Positions 56,175 through 64,000 of a stretch of DNA of 64,000 nucleotides are shown piece after piece. Each line of letters starts with the position of its first letter. Position 1 is the stretch's first letter. The position numbers and the translations under genes were made by a program. Under the pieces are notes generated by a model. That model was not told the origin of the DNA. It did no database searches and saw only the letters and a list, made by a program, of their open reading frames with translations. The DNA comes from Eubacteriales bacterium (GTDB lineage Bacteria; Bacillota; Clostridia; Oscillospirales; CAG-272): positions 65,499 through 129,498 of the forward strand of contig JAZPYB010000023.1 in assembly GCA_045543955.1 (NCBI GenBank). The letters are read 5' to 3'.

Positions 56175-56210
56175 AAAAAGCACACCGAGGCAACTCGGTG
56201 TGTTTTTATT
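56175..56210 (+). terminator. rho-independent terminator ending the locus
   Basis: cacaccgag-gcaa-ctcggtgtg plus TTTTT. Confidence 0.75.
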
Positions 56211-56213
56211 TAT

Positions 56214-56242
56214 ATAATAAAAAGGCTCCCACTGGGAGCCTT
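56214..56242 (-). terminator. rho-independent terminator for the minus-strand two-component operon
   Basis: ggctccc-act-gggagcc with a T-run on the minus strand. Confidence 0.6.
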
Positions 56243-56246
56243 TAAT

Positions 56247-56292
56247 TAATCTTGATTTTTCTCAATCTTAAACTCAAACCAGAAGGTAGAGC
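56247..56292 (-). repeat. diverged duplicate of the histidine-kinase 3' end (would encode ...STFWFEFKIEKNQD*)
   Basis: cttaaactcaaaccagaaggtagagc is identical to 56370-56395. The flanks are about 80% similar. Confidence 0.8.
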
Positions 56293-56295
56293 TTA

Positions 56296-56342
56296 GCCGC
56301 CCTTGTGCAAAGGGAGGGGGACCACTTGTGGTGGAGGGATTG
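56296..56342. repeat. GC-rich double-hairpin intergenic element, copy A
   Basis: gccgcccttgtgcaaagggagggggaccacttgtggtggagggatt. Same architecture as 63783-63830. Confidence 0.6.
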
Positions 56343-56354
56343 AGAGCAAACATC

Positions 56355-57770
56355 CTATTGTTTCTCGACCTTAAACTCAAACCAGAAGGTAGAGCCTTTG
56401 CCAACCTCACTCGAAACTCCAAAGCGCGAGCCGTGGAGAAGTAAGATATTCTTTACAATGGATAGACCCAAGCCCGTGCCCAAAATAGCGCGCTTGTGGA
56501 CTTTATCTACCTTGTAATATCTATCCCAAATAAGTGGCAACTTTTCCTCGCTAATTCCCTCGCCGGAGTCGATAACAGAGATTCTTGCAACATCGCCCGT
56601 AACCTCTTGGCGAACAATTACAGTTTTGTCCTCGCCTGTATAGTTAATGGCATTGTTTATAAGGTTATAAACAACCTGCAAAAGCCTTGTTTCATCAGCG
56701 CTTACAAAAACCTCACCATCGTGCTCAAAGAATATTTTATACTCCTTGTGTTCGAGTAGCTTTTCGTATCTTTTAACTGTGTCTTTTACAACTTGGGTAA
56801 GAGAAACAATCTTCAAATCCATAATTTGAGTGCCGGATTGTAGCTTAGAAACAGTAAGTAAGTCATTTACCAAGGAATTAAGGCGAGCAGTTTCGTCAAT
56901 GATAATTTGCATATTTTCTGACGTTCTTTCGTCAGGAAAATCACGCATAACCTCGCTATAACCAGAAATCATAGTAAGTGGGGTTCTTAAATCGTGCGAA
57001 ATGTTCGCTATAAGTTCTTTTTGCGTATCATTCAGCTTCTTTAATTCAGCAGTTGCAGAGTTGAGGGAAATTGCAAGCTCACGAACCTCGCTTGGTCCTT
57101 TTTCCTCAAATTCAACATCATAGTCATAAAGAGTTAGGCTTTTTGCCTTTTTGCTCATACTAGCGATAGGAGAAGAAATACTTCTGGAGAGTGCATATGA
57201 TATAATTACAGAAACAATAATAGCAAGAACTGAAAGAAATGCAAGAGTATTACGAATAACTAAAACCAAGCTAAGAGGTGGAGCTGTGCTTGTGTTTAAA
57301 ACCACCATATACCAAACATCGGCTCCGTCTTGCGAATTATAAACAAGTGTAACACGCACTAATTCATTAGCAGAGGTTGATGAATAAGTATGGTTGTCTT
57401 CCTCACAAGCAGAGTTGAACCAAGAGCACAAAATCTCCTCGTTTCCAACGCTTTGAGTAATAGCTGACTCAGGGTCGGCGCAAACAAGGGAGATGTTGTC
57501 TTGACTTAAAAATTTGAAAACCGCAATAGGTATATCGTATTCAGTTGATTTTTTTGAGACGTATTCTTCTATATTATTAACATCAAAGCTTTCAGAAACA
57601 TCATTTGATGCCTTTTCGATGGTGTTTTCCTTAACGGTTTGGAAAATCAATTTTATAAATCCCATTTGGAAAATCCAAACAAGCAAAATTAGCACCAAGG
57701 TTAAAGCCATCATTGAAATAAAAATTTGATAATTTATAGAGAGCTTTGTTTTTTTATTTTTCTTGCTCAT
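56355..57770 (-). CDS. sensor histidine kinase (HisKA + HATPase_c)
   Basis: H-box SHDLRTPLT, N-box NLINNAINYT, G-boxes DSGEGI and GTGLGLSIV. Two N-terminal TM segments. Confidence 0.85.
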   Translation of the reverse strand: MSKKNKKTKLSINYQIFISMMALTLVLILLVWIFQMGFIKLIFQTVKENTIEKASNDVSESFDVNNIEEYVSKKSTEYDIPIAVFKFLSQDNISLVCADPESAITQSVGNEEILCSWFNSACEEDNHTYSSTSANELVRVTLVYNSQDGADVWYMVVLNTSTAPPLSLVLVIRNTLAFLSVLAIIVSVIISYALSRSISSPIASMSKKAKSLTLYDYDVEFEEKGPSEVRELAISLNSATAELKKLNDTQKELIANISHDLRTPLTMISGYSEVMRDFPDERTSENMQIIIDETARLNSLVNDLLTVSKLQSGTQIMDLKIVSLTQVVKDTVKRYEKLLEHKEYKIFFEHDGEVFVSADETRLLQVVYNLINNAINYTGEDKTVIVRQEVTGDVARISVIDSGEGISEEKLPLIWDRYYKVDKVHKRAILGTGLGLSIVKNILLLHGSRFGVSSEVGKGSTFWFEFKVEKQ

Positions 57771-58459
57771 TTTTCCTCAAAGCGGTAGCCCATACCACGA
57801 ATAGTAACAATAAAGCTGCTATATTTACCCAGGCTCTTTCTTAGAATCTTGATGTGAGTATCAAGGGTTCTGTCATCCCCAAAGAAATCATAGCCCCAAA
57901 CATCAGAGAGAAGCTTGTCACGTGAAAGAGCTATATTTTTATTCTTTAACATATAGAAAAATAGTTCATATTCCTTTGGTGACATATCAATTCTTTCGCC
58001 GTCGATATAAACAATACGTGCGGTTAAATCGGCAACCAAGCCACCATTTGCTAGGGAGATAATTTCGTTTTTATTTTCTTCTGTCTTTTGAGGCTTAGCC
58101 TTGGAGCGCTTCATAATAGCCTCAACACGGAGCATAAGCTCCTTAGGAGAGAAGGGCTTGACAACATAGTCGTCAATGCCAATTTCAAAGCCGTTAATTT
58201 TATCATATTCCTCGCCACGGGCAGAGAGCATAATGATAGGAACATCACTAGTTTCACGAATTTTGCGGCTAGCAGTAAAGCCATCAAGCTCTGGCATCAT
58301 AATGTCCATAATTATAATATCAAATTCGCCATGAGAAAACTTGTTAACCGCATCCATACCATCAACAGCCTCAGTTACTGAAAAACCGTCAAATTCAGCG
58401 TATTTGCGGATTAGCTTTCTTATCATTTCCTCATCGTCAACAATTAAAATGTTATACAT
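57767..58459 (-). CDS. OmpR-family response regulator
   Basis: ILIVDDEE...DIIIMDIMMPELDG receiver plus a winged-helix C-terminus (RGMGYRF). 4-nt overlap with the kinase gene. Confidence 0.85.
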   Translation of the reverse strand: MYNILIVDDEEMIRKLIRKYAEFDGFSVTEAVDGMDAVNKFSHGEFDIIIMDIMMPELDGFTASRKIRETSDVPIIMLSARGEEYDKINGFEIGIDDYVVKPFSPKELMLRVEAIMKRSKAKPQKTEENKNEIISLANGGLVADLTARIVYIDGERIDMSPKEYELFFYMLKNKNIALSRDKLLSDVWGYDFFGDDRTLDTHIKILRKSLGKYSSFIVTIRGMGYRFEEK

Positions 58460-58615
58460 TTTTATCACCTCTATTTTATTTTAGCATACAAAATATAAAA
58501 TTTCAATAATAATATAAGTCCACTAAAACCAAAGACGCACCTCCAAAAAGGAATGGTGCGTCTTTGGTATTTTGAAGGAGAGTAGATTGAGTCGATTTTA
58601 GGGAGATTCAAAATC

Positions 58616-59800
58616 TCATTCTTTGTATTCAAAGGTGGTTACAGATACTATAACCTTCTTGTAGTTTCTAATTATTTCTAGCTCAAAGGTGTCGCCAATT
58701 TCCATATCGCTAACTGCCAAAGATAATGTTTGTGCAGTAACATTTGTAAATGTATCACTACCCGGAATTTTCACGCGAGTAATAATATCGCCAACGCGAA
58801 GGGAAGAGCCCTCACTAACTGAAACAACCTCTACATTGCCTTGGCGTGTGGTTCTGATTTGAATTCCAATAGTAGCTCTGCCAGTAACATAGCCAAAGTC
58901 CTTTAAATCATTGTAAACCTTGAATGCGTCATCATAAGGAATTGCAAAGCCGATGCCCTCAATGTCCTCGTCAGCGATTTTTGCATTAACAATACCGATA
59001 AGCTCGCCATTCATATTGAAGAGGCCTCCACCGGAGTTTCCTGGGTTAACGGCAGCGTCGGTTTGTAAAAGGTTCATTTTAACACCATCAACAGTAATTT
59101 CTCTGTCAAGTGCGCTCAAATAACCATTAGTAACAGTTCCACCAAGCACGCCTAGTGGGTTGCCAATAACAATAACCTCTTCGCCAACCATAAGATCATT
59201 TTCTTTATTTGCCCAAACAGCACAGGTAAGCTCTTTTTCGTTTTCAACTATTTTAAGAACAGCTATATCGCTTTTTGAATCAAAGCCACAAAGAGTAGAC
59301 TTATATTCAGTACCGTCAGTTAAGGTAATTGTTGCAGGGGTGTACATATTTGTGCTTGAGCCCTCAACAACGTGAGCATTTGTAATTATATAATAGCCCT
59401 TTTCACTGTTTGAGTTGTCATACTTACCAACAATAACGCCACTGCCTGAGCCAGTTGATGTTTTAATTTCAACAACGCTATCTTTAATGCGTGCGATTAT
59501 TGAAACTCTTGAACTAGAGTTAGCAAGTAATGTAGCACCGGAGCTGTTCTCTGTTGAAACGTATGAAATATTGTTTGTAACCTCTGGGGCCTTCTGATTT
59601 CCTAATGATGCACCAGCGTCACTTGATAAGAAGTTTAAAACACAACCGAAAAAGAACATAAAGGCAGAAGCAACAATAAGCACAATACAAGCCACCATAG
59701 CAGGGGAAACTGTGCGCTTTTTTGCTGGTGCTGGGTAAACTATTCTTAAATTGTCATCATTATCATTATTATCAAAATTATTGTAAATGTAGTTAGACAT
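58616..59800 (-). CDS. HtrA/DegP-like S1C serine protease with N-terminal TM and C-terminal PDZ
   Basis: TNAHV (His), DIAVLK (Asp) and GNSGGGLFN (Ser) triad. PDZ-like tail. Confidence 0.8.
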   Translation of the reverse strand: MSNYIYNNFDNNDNDDNLRIVYPAPAKKRTVSPAMVACIVLIVASAFMFFFGCVLNFLSSDAGASLGNQKAPEVTNNISYVSTENSSGATLLANSSSRVSIIARIKDSVVEIKTSTGSGSGVIVGKYDNSNSEKGYYIITNAHVVEGSSTNMYTPATITLTDGTEYKSTLCGFDSKSDIAVLKIVENEKELTCAVWANKENDLMVGEEVIVIGNPLGVLGGTVTNGYLSALDREITVDGVKMNLLQTDAAVNPGNSGGGLFNMNGELIGIVNAKIADEDIEGIGFAIPYDDAFKVYNDLKDFGYVTGRATIGIQIRTTRQGNVEVVSVSEGSSLRVGDIITRVKIPGSDTFTNVTAQTLSLAVSDMEIGDTFELEIIRNYKKVIVSVTTFEYKE

Positions 59801-59944
59801 AAATCCTCTTTTGCCAATTTAAACCAAATTAATTTGCTGGAGAAGAGCACAAGGTACTCTTGCTTACGATATTATTCTACTATATTAATGTGAAAAGTAT
59901 ATGAAGATGCACAAAAAAATAATTGAAAAAATAGTAAATAAATC

Positions 59945-59973
59945 TTGCTTTTGCGATGAATATATGTTAAAAT
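59945..59973 (+). promoter_or_regulatory. sigma-A-type promoter for the pheST leader
   Basis: TTGCTT, 17-nt spacer, TAAAAT. Confidence 0.45.
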
Positions 59974-60004
59974 ACCGATTGTAAGTCACAAAATGACTAG
60001 AAAT

Positions 60005-60250
60005 GCAGTGATGAAGCTTGCCTTTGTTACTATTCGCCCACAGAGAGAGTGCCCTTGGCTGAAAGGTGCTTGACGAAAAGCAAAGTGCGTTTCCCTTCGG
60101 AGCAGGTTTTCTGAAAAAACAGTAGGAAAGCTCGGGTAGTCCCGTTATAGACTGTGGAAGTGTTAGCTTCCTTAAAGTGCCGTTTTTACGGAATTTGGGT
60201 GGTACCGCGGACTTTTGTTCGTCCCTTGCTTAAAAGCAGGGGCTTTTTTT
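60005..60250 (+). promoter_or_regulatory. T-box riboswitch leader (Phe specifier)
   Basis: Stem I base gcagTGATGAag.../...cttcggagc and an AGAGAG bulge. UUC at 60091-93 lies just 5' of the closing helix. T-box AATTTGGGTGGTACCGCG at 60192-60209. Terminator cccttgct-taaa-agcagggg plus T7 at 60223-60250. Confidence 0.85.
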
Positions 60251-60301
60251 ATGCCCTAAGCACTATTATATAATTAATGTAGAAAATCCGAGAGGAGAAA
60301 A

Positions 60302-61318
60302 ATGATGAAAGCAAAATTAAATCAAATCAGAGAAGAAGCATTTAAGCTTCTTGAAGACGAAAATTGCAACGTTGAAGAGGTAAGAATTAAGTACCTAGGC
60401 AAAAAGGGAGAACTAACAAGCGTTCTTCGTATGATGGGACAGCTTTCCCCTGAGGAGCGCCCTGTTATGGGTCAGCTCGCGAATGAAGTAAGAGCAGAAA
60501 TCGAAGCAAAAATTGCTGAAATGGCTGAGGCTAATAAAGCAAGAGAGCTTGAAAAAGCGCTAGTTAGCGAAAAGATTGACGTAACCGCTTACGGCAAGGA
60601 GCAGAAGCTCGGTAAGCTTCACCCACTAACACAGGTTCAAAGAAAGATGGAAGACATCTTTATCGGTATGGGCTTCTCAATTGCAGAAGGACCTGAGGTT
60701 GAGTATGATTACTACAACTTCCAAGCGCTCAACATTCCTGAGAACCACCCGGCAAGAGATACACAAGATACATTCTATATTACAGATAATATCTTGCTCC
60801 GTTCACAAACATCTCCGGTTCAAGCAAGAGTAATGGAGAAAACCCAACCACCAATCAGAATTATCTCTCCAGGTAGAGTTTACCGTTCTGACGAGGTTGA
60901 CGGCTCACACTCCCCACTTTTCCACCAATTAGAGGGACTTGTTGTTGATAAGGGCATCACAATGGGCAACCTACGTGGAATGCTTGAAACATTTGCAAAA
61001 ACAATGTTCGGCGAAAAGACAAAAATCCGTTTCCGTCCTCATCATTTCCCATTCACAGAACCAAGCGCAGAGGTTGACGTTTCTTGCTTTGTTTGTGGTG
61101 GCAAGGGCTGTCGTCTATGTAAGGGCGAGGGCTGGATTGAAATTTTGGGTGCTGGTATGGTGCATCCAAACGTACTTCGCACCTGTGGTATCGACCCTGA
61201 GGTTTATAGTGGCTTTGCATTCGGTATGGGTATTGAAAGAATTACAATGTGTCAATATGGCATTGACGATATGCGTTTACTCTACGAGAACAATATTAAG
61301 TTCTTGAAGCAGTTCTAA
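60302..61318 (+). CDS. pheS: phenylalanine--tRNA ligase alpha subunit
   Basis: [17 protein letters not shown] and GAGMVHP.V motifs. Confidence 0.95.
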   Translation: MMKAKLNQIREEAFKLLEDENCNVEEVRIKYLGKKGELTSVLRMMGQLSPEERPVMGQLANEVRAEIEAKIAEMAEANKARELEKALVSEKIDVTAYGKEQKLGKLHPLTQVQRKMEDIFIGMGFSIAEGPEVEYDYYNFQALNIPENHPARDTQDTFYITDNILLRSQTSPVQARVMEKTQPPIRIISPGRVYRSDEVDGSHSPLFHQLEGLVVDKGITMGNLRGMLETFAKTMFGEKTKIRFRPHHFPFTEPSAEVDVSCFVCGGKGCRLCKGEGWIEILGAGMVHPNVLRTCGIDPEVYSGFAFGMGIERITMCQYGIDDMRLLYENNIKFLKQF

Positions 61319-61335
61319 GAAAGGGGGAAGAGTAA

Positions 61336-63741
61336 ATGAATTTATCTAGAAAATGGTTAACTGATTACGTTGACGTAACAGAAGTAAATAATAAAGATTA
61401 TTGTGATAGAATGACCGACACAGGCTCTAAGGTAGAGGGCTTTGAGGTTTTAGCCTCCGACATTGAAAATGTAGTTGTTGGTAAAATCACAAAAATTTCA
61501 AAGCACGAAAATTCCGACCACCTACAAATTTGTATGCTTGACGTTGGAGAGGAAAATGAAATCCAAATCGTAACAGGTGCAGGGAACGTATTTGAGGGAG
61601 CAGTTGTTCCGGTTGCTAAGGCACCTGCAAAATTGCCGGGAGATATCGTAATAAAGGCGGGTAAGCTCCGTGGAGTTGAATCTAACGGTATGCTTTGCTC
61701 AATCGCTGAGCTTGGATTAACTACTCACGATATGCCAACTGCTATTGAAGACGGTATATTTATCTTGAATGAGCTTGACGAGGCTGTTAATTTCATTCTC
61801 GGCATGGACATAAGAGAAGCTCTTATGCTTACTGACGATGTTGTTGAATTTGAAATTACACCAAACCGTCCTGACTGTCTTTCAGTTATAGGCCTTGCGC
61901 GTGAGACTGCTGCTTCATTTGAAAAGCCACTCTCAATTCCAACTCCTTCAGTTAAGGGAGCAACCGATGGCGACAAGGTTGAAAACTACGTTAAGGTTGA
62001 TATAAAGTCAACACTTTGCAAAAGATACGCTGCAAGAGTTGTAAAGAATATTAAAATTGAGCCATCCCCATTGTGGCTAAGAATGAGACTACGCGCATCA
62101 GGCGTACGTCCAATCAACAATATAGTTGATATTACTAACTATGTAATGCTTGAGTATGGTCAACCAATGCACGCATTTGACTATAAGTGCCTTGATGGCT
62201 CACATATCATTGTTAGAGAAGCAAACGAAAATGAATCATTTAAGTCCCTTGACGATATCGACCATACATTAAAAGCAGGTATGCTCGTTATCTCTGACGA
62301 ACAAAAAGCAGTTGCCTTGGCTGGCGTTATGGGTGGTGCAAACAGTGAAATCACCAATGACACAAAGACTGTTGTTTTTGAAAGCGCTAACTTTGATGGA
62401 CCAAGCGTTCGTGTTACATCTCGTGCACTCGGTATGAGAACTGAATCAAGTGCAAGATTTGAAAAGGGAATTGACGAGGAAACAGTTATTCCGGCTATTG
62501 AGCGCGCTTGCGAGCTTGTTGAGCTTCTCGGCGCAGGCGAAGTTGTTGACGGAATGATTGATGTTTACCCAAATCCAAAGAAGGTAAGAGAGATTCCTCT
62601 AAACGCAGAGAAGATTAATGCATTCCTCGGCACAAATATCTCTAAAGAGGAAATGGTAAGAATCTTAACCTCACTAACCTTTAAGATTGAAAACGATACA
62701 GTTTACGTTCCATCATATCGTGATGACGTTGAGGGTATGCAGGACGTAGCTGAGGAAATTGCAAGAATTTACGGCTATAATGAAATAGAAACAACAAATG
62801 TTGTTGCTTCCTTGACACAAGGCGAAAGAACCCCACGTCAAGCATTTGACTTGAAGATTAAGGATTCACTTTGCGCTATGGGACTTTATGAGATTCATAC
62901 ATTCTCATTTATCAGCCCTAAGTATTATGACAAAATTAATTTGCCACAGGGAGATCAAAGACGTAAATCCGTTGTTATTTCTAACCCGCTTGGCGAGGAC
63001 ACAAGCGTAATGCGTACAACATCAATCCCATCTATGCTTGAGGTTTTAAACAAGAACCACAACCTAAAGAATGAAGAAGCTATGCTTTACGAGGTTGCAA
63101 CAATCTATATTCCTGACGAAGACCCAAAAAATCTTCCAAAGGAGCCAAAAGAGGTTGTTCTCGGCATGTATGGCGGAGTTGATTTCTACGACCTAAAGGG
63201 TGTAATTGAGGGACTATTTGGCGTATGCGGAATTAAAAATTACAAGGTTAAGGCAAAGACTGATAACCCAACCTTCCACCCAGGCAGATGTGCAGAAATC
63301 TATCTTGAAAATGGTGTATGTCTCGGCGTATTTGGCGAAATTCATCCATCAGTTGCAGCAAATTACTCCTTTACAAAGAGAGTATATGTAGCAAGCCTTG
63401 ATTTTGAAGCAATGCTTGAAAACGCAGAAAGCGAAGCAAAATACAAGCCACTTCCAAAGTTCCCGGCACTCACACGCGACTTCTCATTTGTTTGCGAGGA
63501 AACACTTGAGGTTGGCACAATCGAAGACACAATTAAAAAGTCAGGCGTTAAGCTGCTTGAAACCGTTAAGCTATTCGATATCTATCGTGGCGCACAAGTA
63601 GGAGAGGGCAAAAAGAGCGTTTCCTTCTCAGTTTCCTTGCGTGCTGCCGACAGAACACTTAACGACGAGGAAGCAGACACAGCTGTTAAGAAGATTCTTA
63701 AGAATCTTGAGAAAGAATTAGGAATCACTTTAAGAGCCTAA
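61336..63741 (+). CDS. pheT: phenylalanine--tRNA ligase beta subunit
   Basis: tRNA-binding, B3/4, B5 and FDX-ACB domain order. 801 aa, directly after pheS. Confidence 0.95.
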   Translation: MNLSRKWLTDYVDVTEVNNKDYCDRMTDTGSKVEGFEVLASDIENVVVGKITKISKHENSDHLQICMLDVGEENEIQIVTGAGNVFEGAVVPVAKAPAKLPGDIVIKAGKLRGVESNGMLCSIAELGLTTHDMPTAIEDGIFILNELDEAVNFILGMDIREALMLTDDVVEFEITPNRPDCLSVIGLARETAASFEKPLSIPTPSVKGATDGDKVENYVKVDIKSTLCKRYAARVVKNIKIEPSPLWLRMRLRASGVRPINNIVDITNYVMLEYGQPMHAFDYKCLDGSHIIVREANENESFKSLDDIDHTLKAGMLVISDEQKAVALAGVMGGANSEITNDTKTVVFESANFDGPSVRVTSRALGMRTESSARFEKGIDEETVIPAIERACELVELLGAGEVVDGMIDVYPNPKKVREIPLNAEKINAFLGTNISKEEMVRILTSLTFKIENDTVYVPSYRDDVEGMQDVAEEIARIYGYNEIETTNVVASLTQGERTPRQAFDLKIKDSLCAMGLYEIHTFSFISPKYYDKINLPQGDQRRKSVVISNPLGEDTSVMRTTSIPSMLEVLNKNHNLKNEEAMLYEVATIYIPDEDPKNLPKEPKEVVLGMYGGVDFYDLKGVIEGLFGVCGIKNYKVKAKTDNPTFHPGRCAEIYLENGVCLGVFGEIHPSVAANYSFTKRVYVASLDFEAMLENAESEAKYKPLPKFPALTRDFSFVCEETLEVGTIEDTIKKSGVKLLETVKLFDIYRGAQVGEGKKSVSFSVSLRAADRTLNDEEADTAVKKILKNLEKELGITLRA

Positions 63742-63782
63742 CTAGAGGACGCAATAGCAGGCATAGAACGAAAAGCACAAAT

Positions 63783-63830
63783 GCCTCCTTTGAAAAGGGA
63801 GGTGCCACGATATATCGTGGCGGAGGGATT
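63783..63830. repeat. GC-rich double-hairpin intergenic element, copy B
   Basis: gcctcctttgaaaagggaggtgccacgatatatcgtggcggagggatt. Confidence 0.6.
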
Positions 63831-64000
63831 TTATCCGTGGTTTTCATATAATAATTATGTAGAAAACAGGCTTTTGCCTGTTTTCTTTTTATGTGCTTTT
63901 CTAATCGCGATAAAAGGCTCTGTCGTACACCAGTACGCCGACGTTCCTTTTCTCGCACTTTCTACGCCTACTCTTGTTCCTCTAAATTTAAATAATTGGT

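Noticed and set aside
40947-56210. Anti-phage defence system or prophage/ICE interpretation of the MoxR locus
   Set aside because: I recognised no nuclease, methylase, helicase, integrase, recombinase, capsid or portal-like motif. All non-ATPase components are membrane or exported proteins. An envelope system is the better-supported reading, and defence cannot be argued from sequence alone.
59951-59959. TTGCGATGA, a typical T-box Stem I opening, upstream of the annotated T-box
   Set aside because: It falls inside the spacer of the best promoter. A second and better Stem I base (gcagTGATGAag, 60005) pairs with cttcggagc at 60095-60103. The upstream match is treated as coincidence.

Overview
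Low-GC Firmicutes (Clostridia-type) chromosomal segment. It holds about 55 protein genes, 2 tRNAs and one T-box leader. I saw no rRNA, CRISPR array, transposase or integrase. All product names come from motif and family recognition by eye; no database search was run. Layout: (i) 0.3-4.4 kb and 11.9-19 kb carry carbohydrate genes: LplD-like GH4, RhaM, two esterases, MFS, GH3, GH31 and KdgK. (ii) 20.8-26.8 kb is a housekeeping block: rluD-lspA-yggT-sepF-(miaA::yggS single ORF)-queA, then dapA. (iii) 26.8-40.9 kb holds an EF-G paralogue, an HD/DUF4091 pair, a lipid kinase, cinA, tRNA-Thr, rsmA, DUF554 and divergent GH95/GH29 fucosidases. (iv) 40.9-56.2 kb is the stand-out: a same-strand seven-gene locus with its own promoter and terminator, five of the six junctions tight or overlapping. 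Its core is MoxR AAA+ / DUF58 / two BatA_N-type VWA membrane proteins with three DxSxS MIDAS motifs. A 3-TM coiled-coil protein lies upstream. Two lipoproteins lie downstream, one of 1682 aa with about 11 copies of a Cys/His-rich repeat that I cannot assign to any family. I read this as a Gram-positive, surface-exposed variant of the poorly understood Bat/MoxR-VWA systems. (v) 56.3-63.7 kb holds an OmpR/HisKA two-component pair, an HtrA-like protease and T-box(Phe)-pheS-pheT. Several small dispersed intergenic repeats also occur. One begins with 19 nt identical to the tRNA-Ser 3' end and flank. One sits beside a duplicated 3' end of the histidine-kinase gene.
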